DNA of 32,000 nucleotides from Mycobacterium tuberculosis H37Rv (GTDB lineage Bacteria; Actinomycetota; Actinomycetes; Mycobacteriales; Mycobacteriaceae): NCBI RefSeq assembly GCF_000195955.2, contig NC_000962.3, positions 3,690,001 to 3,722,000 of the forward strand, read 5' to 3'. Shown piece by piece: positions 18,337 to 28,598 of this stretch (position 1 is its first letter; each line of letters starts with the position of its first letter). The notes under the pieces were generated by a model. It saw only the letters and a program-made list of their open reading frames with translations, ran no database searches and was not told where the DNA came from. The position numbers and the translations under genes were made by a program.

Positions 18337-18437
18337 AATCTGGGCGCAACGCGTCTACAGGATGGCCAGCGCTCGCGGCATTGAGAATCTCCTTCGTGGG
18401 TGCACTCCCACGCGAGGTAGGGGCCGACGACCACCAT

Positions 18438-19052
18438 CTATGCCCCTGGCAACGGTGAGCGCCGCGCGATCATGATCCGCGACGGCGCCGAATCGCAGTT
18501 ACCCTGCCCCTCGTGTACAACGGTGAAGTCGGCAGGAAGCAGACACGCTGGCTCTCCCGGCTTGACACGTCGCTTCGCGCTGGCTGTGCCCGCCTCGGCG
18601 CCACTGAGAGCCAGCGACTCCCATGCCAATACGCCGCCTGGCATCACCGCCTCACAGGCGCGGTGAAATATCGCCGCATCCCAAAAGAGCCTGCTGAGCA
18701 CCAGCGCGAAACGCGTCTCGCCGGGTTCCCAGCAGCCCAAGTCGGCCTGCACGAGGTTGAGCCGATCGGCCACGCCTCGACGCACGGCCTCGCTGTCCAG
18801 CTGCAGCAGCGCGACATCGGACACATCGATTGCGGTGACCTGGCGGCCGTGGGCGGCCAACGCCAGTGCGGTACCCGATCGACCGCTGGCTAACTCCAGA
18901 ACGGGACCGTCCGGAACGCCTGCTCTGAGGACATCGGCGAGCCAAGGCACCGGGGCAAACGGCGCGTGCGCCGAACCCGCGCGTTCGTATCGCGCGTTCC
19001 AGTCGACGCGGTTGGGGTGCTCCCGCAGCGCCGGATCCGTCTGCACGCTCAT
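18438..19052 (-). CDS. SAM-dependent methyltransferase (Rv3322c equivalent)
   Basis: 204 aa from ATG 19052, with the motif I-like [16 protein letters not shown]. Its ATG overlaps the moaX TGA (ATGA at 19049-19052). Confidence 0.8.
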   Translation of the reverse strand: MSVQTDPALREHPNRVDWNARYERAGSAHAPFAPVPWLADVLRAGVPDGPVLELASGRSGTALALAAHGRQVTAIDVSDVALLQLDSEAVRRGVADRLNLVQADLGCWEPGETRFALVLSRLFWDAAIFHRACEAVMPGGVLAWESLALSGAEAGTASAKRRVKPGEPACLLPADFTVVHEGQGNCDSAPSRIMIARRSPLPGA

Positions 19053-19714
19053 GGCCGATTGGCCACCCACTCAACACCGTCGAGTGCGAACTCCTTCTTC
19101 CATATCGGCACATCCTGTTTGAGCCGCTCGATGCACATGCGAGCGGCGTCGAACGCGGCCGCGCGGTGAGGAGCCGAAGCACCGATGACAACCGCCGCAT
19201 CACCGATGCGCAATTCACCGGTCCGGTGTGCCACGGCAACTCGCACACCGTCGGCCTGTCGTTCACACTCTTCGATGATGTCCATCAGCGTGCGGTGCAC
19301 CATGGCCGGATAGGCCTCGTAGTACAACTTGGTCACTTCGTGGCCGTTGTTGTTGTTACGCACGGTACCCACGAAGATGACGGCGCCGCCCTGGGAAGGT
19401 CCAGATATCGCGTTGAGCACTTCATCGACGCTCAGCGGCTCATCGGTGAGCCGGCAGTAGACATCGGAGCCCCCGGCAACCTGCGGTATGAACGCCACCG
19501 TGTCGCCATCGTCGAGAATCGTTGATGCTGGCGCTATGGATTCGTTAACGGCCATCCGCACTCGCTTGCGAAAATCAGCAAGTGGCGGATAGTCGATTTG
19601 CAATTGGTCGACTAAGCCGTCGACGGTGGTGCCGCTTTCGAGTGAGATCTTCTCGTGAGCGACCTTGCACGCTTCGCGAACCGCGCCAAAGTAGAGCACA
19701 TTGACAGTAATCAT
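19049..19714 (-). CDS. moaX: Fused molybdopterin synthase MoaD-MoaE (MoaX)
   Basis: 221 aa. The N-terminal MoaD-like ubiquitin fold ends in ...IPQVAGG, followed by a MoaE-like domain ([29 protein letters not shown]...PIWKKE). Confidence 0.9.
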   Translation of the reverse strand: MITVNVLYFGAVREACKVAHEKISLESGTTVDGLVDQLQIDYPPLADFRKRVRMAVNESIAPASTILDDGDTVAFIPQVAGGSDVYCRLTDEPLSVDEVLNAISGPSQGGAVIFVGTVRNNNNGHEVTKLYYEAYPAMVHRTLMDIIEECERQADGVRVAVAHRTGELRIGDAAVVIGASAPHRAAAFDAARMCIERLKQDVPIWKKEFALDGVEWVANRP

Positions 19715-20248
19715 TCAACATCCATCCTCGGTGGAGCCACCATCGCTGGGTTTGACGTCCGCGTCGTGCCGCCGGTAATGACCCGATCGGCCACCGCTTT
19801 TTTCGTCCAATCTGATATCCGTGATCGTCATGGCACGGTCGACTGCTTTGCACATGTCGTAAACCGTGAGCGCTGTCACCGTAACGGCGGTCAACGCCTC
19901 CATCTCCACACCCGTACGTGCCACCGTGGTCACCGTCGCCGCAATCGAGAGCCGGTCCGCGCCCTGCGGCTCGAGCGTGACGGTGACCGCCTCGATCCCC
20001 AGCGGGTGACACAGCGGGATAAGCTCACCGGTCCGTTTGGCCGCCATAATGCCGGCTATCCGTGCGGTCGCTATGACATCGCCCTTTGCCGCGGTGCCGT
20101 GACAGATCATGTCCAGGGTCGACGGTTTCATCAGGACGGCCCCGGATGCCCGCGCTCGCCGCAAGGTCACCGCCTTCGCCGACACATCGACCATTCGGGC
20201 GGCGCCTTGTTCATCAAGGTGGGTAAGCACCCCATCGTGGTCGTTCAC
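19715..20248 (-). CDS. moaC3: Cyclic pyranopterin monophosphate synthase MoaC
   Basis: 177 aa from GTG 20248, with [17 protein letters not shown]...IPLCHPL. The GTG overlaps the TGA of the upstream moaB3 remnant (GTGA). Its stop abuts the moaX ATG. Confidence 0.9.
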   Translation of the reverse strand: MNDHDGVLTHLDEQGAARMVDVSAKAVTLRRARASGAVLMKPSTLDMICHGTAAKGDVIATARIAGIMAAKRTGELIPLCHPLGIEAVTVTLEPQGADRLSIAATVTTVARTGVEMEALTAVTVTALTVYDMCKAVDRAMTITDIRLDEKSGGRSGHYRRHDADVKPSDGGSTEDGC

Positions 20249-20381
20249 CGTGCCACCTGCTGGCTGCATTGCTCATCGTGCACTGCGCTGAAAGCCTCGG
20301 CGAGGTCGAAGTCGACGCGAGTCAAACAGTGCATCTGGCGCGTCCAACAAGTCAACCGCACCGACCGCTTGTTATGGACAC
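20245..20381 (-). pseudogene. moaB3: 3' remnant of a pterin-4a-carbinolamine dehydratase-like gene (moaB3), truncated by IS6110
   Basis: The minus frame from the IS6110 junction reads [44 protein letters not shown]. This resembles the C-terminus of PCD/DCoH proteins. It has no start codon and no N-terminal half. Confidence 0.7.
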
Positions 20382-20432
20382 TGAACCGCCCCGGCATGTC
20401 CGGAGACTCCAGTTCTTGGAAAGGATGGGGTC

Positions 20433-20759
20433 ATGTCAGGTGGTTCATCGAGGAGGTACCCGCCGGAGCTGCGTGAGCGGGCGGTGCGGATGGTCGCAGA
20501 GATCCGCGGTCAGCACGATTCGGAGTGGGCAGCGATCAGTGAGGTCGCCCGTCTACTTGGTGTTGGCTGCGCGGAGACGGTGCGTAAGTGGGTGCGCCAG
20601 GCGCAGGTCGATGCCGGCGCACGGCCCGGGACCACGACCGAAGAATCCGCTGAGCTGAAGCGCTTGCGGCGGGACAACGCCGAATTGCGAAGGGCGAACG
20701 CGATTTTAAAGACCGCGTCGGCTTTCTTCGCGGCCGAGCTCGACCGGCCAGCACGCTAA
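20433..20759 (+). CDS. IS6110 transposase OrfA (HTH)
   Basis: 108 aa, MSGGSSRRYPPELRERAVRMVAEIRGQHDSEWAAISEVARLLG... Confidence 0.95.
   Translation: MSGGSSRRYPPELRERAVRMVAEIRGQHDSEWAAISEVARLLGVGCAETVRKWVRQAQVDAGARPGTTTEESAELKRLRRDNAELRRANAILKTASAFFAAELDRPAR
20704..20711 (+). other. Programmed -1 ribosomal frameshift site of IS6110 (UUUUAAAG)
   Basis: TTTTAAAG lies in the orfA/orfB overlap. The 0-frame UUA-AAG can slip to UUU-AAA, entering the orfB frame. Confidence 0.75.
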
Positions 20760-21694
20760 TTACCCGGTTCATCGCCGATCATCAGGGCCACCGCGAGGGC
20801 CCCGATGGTTTGCGGTGGGGTGTCGAGTCGATCTGCACACAGCTGACCGAGCTGGGTGTGCCGATCGCCCCATCGACCTACTACGACCACATCAACCGGG
20901 AGCCCAGCCGCCGCGAGCTGCGCGATGGCGAACTCAAGGAGCACATCAGCCGCGTCCACGCCGCCAACTACGGTGTTTACGGTGCCCGCAAAGTGTGGCT
21001 AACCCTGAACCGTGAGGGCATCGAGGTGGCCAGATGCACCGTCGAACGGCTGATGACCAAACTCGGCCTGTCCGGGACCACCCGCGGCAAAGCCCGCAGG
21101 ACCACGATCGCTGATCCGGCCACAGCCCGTCCCGCCGATCTCGTCCAGCGCCGCTTCGGACCACCAGCACCTAACCGGCTGTGGGTAGCAGACCTCACCT
21201 ATGTGTCGACCTGGGCAGGGTTCGCCTACGTGGCCTTTGTCACCGACGCCTACGCTCGCAGGATCCTGGGCTGGCGGGTCGCTTCCACGATGGCCACCTC
21301 CATGGTCCTCGACGCGATCGAGCAAGCCATCTGGACCCGCCAACAAGAAGGCGTACTCGACCTGAAAGACGTTATCCACCATACGGATAGGGGATCTCAG
21401 TACACATCGATCCGGTTCAGCGAGCGGCTCGCCGAGGCAGGCATCCAACCGTCGGTCGGAGCGGTCGGAAGCTCCTATGACAATGCACTAGCCGAGACGA
21501 TCAACGGCCTATACAAGACCGAGCTGATCAAACCCGGCAAGCCCTGGCGGTCCATCGAGGATGTCGAGTTGGCCACCGCGCGCTGGGTCGACTGGTTCAA
21601 CCATCGCCGCCTCTACCAGTACTGCGGCGACGTCCCGCCGGTCGAACTCGAGGCTGCCTACTACGCTCAACGCCAGAGACCAGCCGCCGGCTGA
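20708..21694 (+). CDS. IS6110 transposase OrfB (DDE integrase domain; made as an OrfAB fusion by frameshift)
   Basis: The frame is open from 20708. It contains the rve-type core (WVADLTYVSTWAGFAYVAFVTDAYARRILGW...HHTDRGSQYTS...YDNALAE). Confidence 0.9.
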   Translation, partial: KDRVGFLRGRARPASTLITRFIADHQGHREGPDGLRWGVESICTQLTELGVPIAPSTYYDHINREPSRRELRDGELKEHISRVHAANYGVYGARKVWLTLNREGIEVARCTVERLMTKLGLSGTTRGKARRTTIADPATARPADLVQRRFGPPAPNRLWVADLTYVSTWAGFAYVAFVTDAYARRILGWRVASTMATSMVLDAIEQAIWTRQQEGVLDLKDVIHHTDRGSQYTSIRFSERLAEAGIQPSVGAVGSSYDNALAETINGLYKTELIKPGKPWRSIEDVELATARWVDWFNHRRLYQYCGDVPPVELEAAYYAQRQRPAAG

Positions 21695-21736
21695 GGTCTC
21701 AGATCAGAGAGTCTCCGGACTCACCGGGGCGGTTCA

Positions 21737-22820
21737 GAGGCAACCACCATGGTTGTTGTTGGAACCGATGCGCACAAGTACAGCCACACCTTTGTGGCCA
21801 CCGACGAAGTGGGTCGCCAACTCGGTGAGAAGACCGTCAAGGCCACCACGGCCGGGCACGCCACAGCCATCATGTGGGCCCGTGAACAGTTCGGCCTCGA
21901 GCTGATCTGGGGCATCGAGGACTGCCGCAACATGTCGGCGCGTCTGGAGCGTGACCTACTGGCGGCCGGCCAGCAGGTGGTGCGGGTACCCACCAAGCTG
22001 ATGGCCCAGACCCGCAAGTCGGCGCGCAGTCGGGGCAAGTCGGATCCGATCGATGCGCTGGCGGTGGCGCGGGCGGTGCTGCGTGAAACCGACCTACCCC
22101 TGGCCACCCACGACGAGACGTCGCGGGAGTTGAAGTTGTTGACTGACCGTCGAGATGTCCTTGTGGCCCAACGCACGTCGGCGATCAACCGGTTGCGCTG
22201 GCTCGTCCATGAACTCGATCCCGAGCGGGCACCGGCAGCACGCTCGCTCGATGCCGCCAAGCACCAGCAGGCCCTGCGGACCTGGCTGGACACCCAGCCA
22301 GGATTGGTCGCCGAACTCGCGCGCGCCGAGCTGACCGACATCATCCGGCTCACCGGCGAGATCAACACCCTAGCCCAGCGCATCAGCGCCCGAGTCCACC
22401 AGGTCGCCCCCGCACTGCTGGAAATCCCTGGCTGCGCGGAGCTGACTGCAGCCAAAATCGTCGGCGAAGCCGCCGGAGTGACCCGGTTCAAAAGCGAAGC
22501 CGCCTTCGCCTGCCATGCCGCAGTGGCTCCCATCCCGGTGTGGTCGGGCAACACCGCCGGCCAGATGCGGCTCAGCCGCTCGGGCAACCGCCAGCTCAAC
22601 GCCGCCCTACACCGCATCGCACTGACCCAAATCCGGATGACCGACAGCCGGGGCCAGGCCTACTACCAAAGGCTGCAAGACGCCGGGAAAACCAAACGCG
22701 CAGCACTACGCTGCCTCAAACGCCGCCTAGCCCGCACCGTCTTCCAGGCCCTGCGCACCGTCCACCAGCCCAGCTCCGAACACACCCAACCCGCGGCCGC
22801 TTGCCATAGGAGCTATTGCT
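21737..22820 (+). mobile_element. IS1547 (IS110 family), 5' end removed or interrupted by IS6110; the 3' boundary is approximate
   Basis: The IS110-type transposase ORF starts 12 nt after the IS6110 end. Transposase homology ends near 22765 (...RCLKRRLARTVFQALRTV). The element must end before the host promoter-like motif at 22821. IS110-family elements lack inverted repeats, so I cannot see the exact end. Confidence 0.55.
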
Positions 22821-23461
22821 CGTCACACCTCGGCGAGCCACCTCGTCTAACGGATATGACACAGAAAACCCGCATCCAGCCCCTACCTCCCAAGCGAGCC
22901 GGCCTGTTGATCCGCGCACTGTATCGGATCGCCAAGCGGCGCTTCGGCGAAGTTCCCGAGCCGTTCACGGTCACCGCACATCATCGGCGGCTGCTGATCG
23001 CCAATGTGGTGCACGAAGCCCTGCTGCAGCGAGCGTCGCGGAAGCTACCGCCCAGCGTCCGTGAGCTGGCGGTGTTTTGGACCGCCCGCAGCATCGGCTG
23101 CTCGTGGTGCGTGGACTTCGGAGCCATGCTGCAGCGCCTGGACGGGCTGGACGTGGACAGGCTCACGGACATCGACAATTACGCCACCTCATCGAAATTC
23201 AGCGACGACGAACGCGCCGCCATCGCCTACGCCGAGGCGATGACCGCAGACCCGCATTCGGTGACCGACGAGCAGGTGGCCGACCTGCGGGCCCGCTTCG
23301 GCGAGGCCGGCGTGATCGAGCTGACTTACCAGATCGGCGTGGAGAACATGCGAGCCCGGATGAATTCGGCGCTGGGCATCACCGAGCAAGGCTTCAATTC
23401 CGGTGATGCCTGCCGCGTCCCGTGGGCTGCGCCCGACGTTCCTTCAGCGGAGAGCCGGTGA
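21749..23461 (+). CDS. IS1547 transposase ORF running without a stop into a host CMD-family gene ('transposase fusion protein', 570 aa)
   Basis: The N-terminal 340 aa are an IS110-family transposase (VVVGTDAHKYSH...; LLEIPGCAELTAAKIVGEAAGVTRFKSEAAFACHAAVAPIPVWSG). About 30 linker codons follow, and then the AhpD-like domain. Confidence 0.8.
   Translation: MVVVGTDAHKYSHTFVATDEVGRQLGEKTVKATTAGHATAIMWAREQFGLELIWGIEDCRNMSARLERDLLAAGQQVVRVPTKLMAQTRKSARSRGKSDPIDALAVARAVLRETDLPLATHDETSRELKLLTDRRDVLVAQRTSAINRLRWLVHELDPERAPAARSLDAAKHQQALRTWLDTQPGLVAELARAELTDIIRLTGEINTLAQRISARVHQVAPALLEIPGCAELTAAKIVGEAAGVTRFKSEAAFACHAAVAPIPVWSGNTAGQMRLSRSGNRQLNAALHRIALTQIRMTDSRGQAYYQRLQDAGKTKRAALRCLKRRLARTVFQALRTVHQPSSEHTQPAAACHRSYCSSHLGEPPRLTDMTQKTRIQPLPPKRAGLLIRALYRIAKRRFGEVPEPFTVTAHHRRLLIANVVHEALLQRASRKLPPSVRELAVFWTARSIGCSWCVDFGAMLQRLDGLDVDRLTDIDNYATSSKFSDDERAAIAYAEAMTADPHSVTDEQVADLRARFGEAGVIELTYQIGVENMRARMNSALGITEQGFNSGDACRVPWAAPDVPSAESR
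22821..22847 (+). promoter_or_regulatory. ECF41-type (SigJ-like) promoter motif, cGTCACA-N16-CGTC
   Basis: CGTCACA (22821-22827), exactly 16 nt, then CGTC (22844-22847). This compares with the published ECF41 consensus TGTCACA-N16-CGTC, which I recall from memory. The -10 ends 8 nt before ATG 22856, implying a leaderless or near-leaderless mRNA. Confidence 0.45.
22856..23461 (+). CDS. Carboxymuconolactone decarboxylase / AhpD-like family protein (probable independent product of the 3' part of the fusion ORF)
   Basis: The in-frame ATG at 22856 gives 201 aa, MTQKTRIQPLPPKRAGLLIRALY...ARSIGCSWCVDFGAM...ERAAIAYAEAMTADP. The CxxC lies in a CMD-domain context, and the ECF41-like promoter is directly upstream. 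Confidence 0.55.
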   Translation: MTQKTRIQPLPPKRAGLLIRALYRIAKRRFGEVPEPFTVTAHHRRLLIANVVHEALLQRASRKLPPSVRELAVFWTARSIGCSWCVDFGAMLQRLDGLDVDRLTDIDNYATSSKFSDDERAAIAYAEAMTADPHSVTDEQVADLRARFGEAGVIELTYQIGVENMRARMNSALGITEQGFNSGDACRVPWAAPDVPSAESR

Positions 23462-24332
23462 ACTTGTCGGGATTGGCGATATCCCACAGCGCGCACACCT
23501 TTCCGTCGCGCACGGTTATCGCGGTGATCCGCGGCGCCATCGCCCGATACCCGTCGACCCCGGGTAAGCCCGCCGTGTAGGCGCCGAGCTCTCCGTTGAC
23601 CAGCGCCAGCTGATTCGCGCCGAAGAGCCCCGGGCCGTAACGCTGGACCAGCCCGAGTATGAACCGGACCACCTTGTCGGATCCGCGGACGGCCCGTACC
23701 GCTGTGGGCGCCTTGCCATTCGAATCGCCGGTAAACGTCACGTCGGGATGCAGCAGCGACACCACCGTGTCCAGGTCACCAGCGGCCATGGCGGCCATCA
23801 GCCGGCCGACCACCTCGTTGTGGGCCGGATCCGGATCCCCCGATATCAGGGCGGGCTGCGCCGTGACGGCCTTGCGGGCCCGCGACGCCAGCTGGCGCGC
23901 GGCGGCCTCGCTGGTTCCCAGCACCTCGGCCACTTCGGCAAACGGCACGGCGAACCCGTCGTGCAGCACGAACGCGACCCGCTGATCGGGGCGCAGCCGC
24001 TCCAGCACCACCATGGCCGCGAACCTGGCGTCCTCGGCGGCCACCACGGCGGCCAACGGATCGGTCGCGTCCAAGCCGGTGACCACCGGTTCGGGCAGCC
24101 AGGTGCCGGTGTAGGTCTCCCGCCGGTGCGCCGCCGACCTCAACTTGTCCAGACCCAGCCGGCTCACCACGGTGGTCAGCCAGGCCCGCGGGTCGGCGAT
24201 CACGGTGTCCGGTGAGTCCCAGCGCAGCCAGGCCTCCTGCACGATGTCCTCAGCATCGGCGACCGTGCCGGTCAGCCTGTAGGCGACCGACATGAGATGC
24301 TGTCGCAGTGCCTCGAATTCGGAAACCTCCAT
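23394..24332 (-). CDS. sigJ: ECF sigma factor SigJ (ECF41-type with a fused SnoaL-like C-terminal domain)
   Basis: 312 aa from ATG 24332 (an alternative ATG is at 24341). It has region 2 (DAEDIVQEAWLRW) and region 4 (PFAEVAEVLGTSEAAARQLASRARK), plus a C-terminal extension of about 120 aa. No adjacent anti-sigma gene is present. Confidence 0.9.
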   Translation of the reverse strand: MEVSEFEALRQHLMSVAYRLTGTVADAEDIVQEAWLRWDSPDTVIADPRAWLTTVVSRLGLDKLRSAAHRRETYTGTWLPEPVVTGLDATDPLAAVVAAEDARFAAMVVLERLRPDQRVAFVLHDGFAVPFAEVAEVLGTSEAAARQLASRARKAVTAQPALISGDPDPAHNEVVGRLMAAMAAGDLDTVVSLLHPDVTFTGDSNGKAPTAVRAVRGSDKVVRFILGLVQRYGPGLFGANQLALVNGELGAYTAGLPGVDGYRAMAPRITAITVRDGKVCALWDIANPDKFTGSPLKERRAQPTGRGRHHRN

Positions 24333-24391
24333 CGAGGTCATTGCCCGAGCCTAGCGCTGCGCTCGCCAACACGACGACACGAAACCTTTGG

Positions 24392-26994
<2,603 letters not shown>

Positions 26995-27089
26995 CTGCTT
27001 ACCCCGATACCTTCGGCGTCGTTTGCGGGCGGGCATCCTAGCCGGCCTTGGTCGGCACCGAAATCGGGGCTTGACCAGCGGTTGACCGC

Positions 27090-28598
27090 GTGACGACGCT
27101 GTGGCAGCCTCATCGAAATGACTACAGCCCTATACCAGGACGCGGGGTTCACGCCCGCCGGGGCGCCCGACGACCCCGACCGCGTGGTGGACGTGCTGAG
27201 CGCCCCGGTACCGGTCAACTGACCAGATCGGGGCGCCGGGCGCTCCTCGTCGGGCTCACCGCCGCCAGCGTCGGCGTCCTCTACGGGTACGACCTTTCCG
27301 CCATCGCGGGTGCGTTGCTGTCTCTCAGCGAGGAATTCGAACTCACCACTCGAGAACAGGAGTTGCTGACCACCACGGCGGTGCTCGGCCAGATCGCCGG
27401 GGCGCTTGGCGGCGGCATCCTCGCCAACGCGATCGGACGCAAGAAATCGGTGGTGCTCATCGTCGCCGGCTACGCAGTGTTCGCCCTGCTCGGCGCGACC
27501 TCGGTGTCCGTACCGATGCTGGTGGTGGCGCGTCTGCTGCTGGGTGTGACAATCGGCCTGTCGGTGGTGGTGGTGCCGGTGTATGTGGCCGAGTCGGCGC
27601 CGGCGGCGGTGCGTGGGTCGTTGGTGACCGCGTATCAGCTGGCGACGCTTAGCGGCATCGTCGTCGGTTACCTGGTCGGCTACCTGTTGGCCGGATCGCA
27701 CGGCTGGCGCGCGATGTTCGGGCTGGCCGCCGCGCCGGCCACGCTGCTGTTGCCGTTGTTGTGGCGCATGCCCGATACCGCCCGCTGGTATCTGCTCAAG
27801 GGCCGGATCGCCGACGCGCGTAGCGCGCTGCGGCGGATCCAGCCGGAGGCCGACATCGATGCCGAGCTGGCCGATATGGCGGCCGCGGTCGACGAACGCG
27901 GCGGCGGTATCGGCGAAATGGTGCGGCGGCCGTATCTGCGGGCCACGCTGTTCGTCATCGCGCTCGGCTTCCTCGTCCAGATCACCGGGATCAACGCGAT
28001 CATCTACTACAGTCCGCGACTTTTCGCCGCCATGGGCTTCGCGGGCTATTTCGCGATGCTTGCCCTGCCCGCGATGGTGCAAGTCGCCGGCTTGGCGGCG
28101 GTGTGTGCCTCGCTGTTTCTGGTCGATCGGCTGGGCCGTCGCCCGATCCTGTTGTCCGGCATCGCGACGATGATCACCGCAGATGCCGTGCTGATCACCG
28201 TATTCGCCAACGACTCCGATGGTGGCACGGGGCTGGTGTTGGGGTTCGCCGGCGTGCTGCTGTTCATCATCGGGTTCAACTTCGGATTCGGCTCGCTGGT
28301 CTGGGTGTACGCCGCGGAGAGCTTCCCGTCCCGGCTGCGGTCGATGGGATCGAGCCCGATGCTCACCTCGACACTGACGGCCAACGCGATCGTTGCCGCC
28401 TTCTCGCTCACCATGCTGCGTGTGCTCGGCGGCGCAGGCGTTTTCGCGGTCTTCGGCACGTTCGCCGTCGTCGCGTTCGTGGTCGTGTACCGCTTTGCGC
28501 CGGAGACCAAGGGCCGCAAACTCGAGGAGATCCGGCACTTCTGGGAGAACGGCGGCCGCTGGCCCGCCGAGCGGTCACCGGCGGCGGACGAACCGTGA
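27090..28598 (+). CDS. sugI: MFS sugar porter
   Basis: 502 aa with a GTG start, 12-TM-like hydrophobicity, and the sugar-porter motifs GRKKSVVL and PETKGRKLEEI. Confidence 0.9.
   Translation: MTTLWQPHRNDYSPIPGRGVHARRGARRPRPRGGRAERPGTGQLTRSGRRALLVGLTAASVGVLYGYDLSAIAGALLSLSEEFELTTREQELLTTTAVLGQIAGALGGGILANAIGRKKSVVLIVAGYAVFALLGATSVSVPMLVVARLLLGVTIGLSVVVVPVYVAESAPAAVRGSLVTAYQLATLSGIVVGYLVGYLLAGSHGWRAMFGLAAAPATLLLPLLWRMPDTARWYLLKGRIADARSALRRIQPEADIDAELADMAAAVDERGGGIGEMVRRPYLRATLFVIALGFLVQITGINAIIYYSPRLFAAMGFAGYFAMLALPAMVQVAGLAAVCASLFLVDRLGRRPILLSGIATMITADAVLITVFANDSDGGTGLVLGFAGVLLFIIGFNFGFGSLVWVYAAESFPSRLRSMGSSPMLTSTLTANAIVAAFSLTMLRVLGGAGVFAVFGTFAVVAFVVVYRFAPETKGRKLEEIRHFWENGGRWPAERSPAADEP

Larger units (their letters stand above)
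20382..21736 (+). mobile_element. IS6110 (IS3 family), complete 1355-bp copy
   Basis: It starts TGAACCGCCCCGGCATGTCCGGAGACTC (left IR, 20382-20409) and ends GAGTCTCCGGACTCACCGGGGCGGTTCA (right IR, 21709-21736), with orfA/orfB inside. The flanks CAC| and |GAG are not a direct repeat. Confidence 0.97.

Noticed and set aside
21721-22617. 298-aa minus-strand ORF inside IS1547
   Set aside because: It lies antisense to the IS110-family transposase frame, which has clear family motifs, and it has no independent support.
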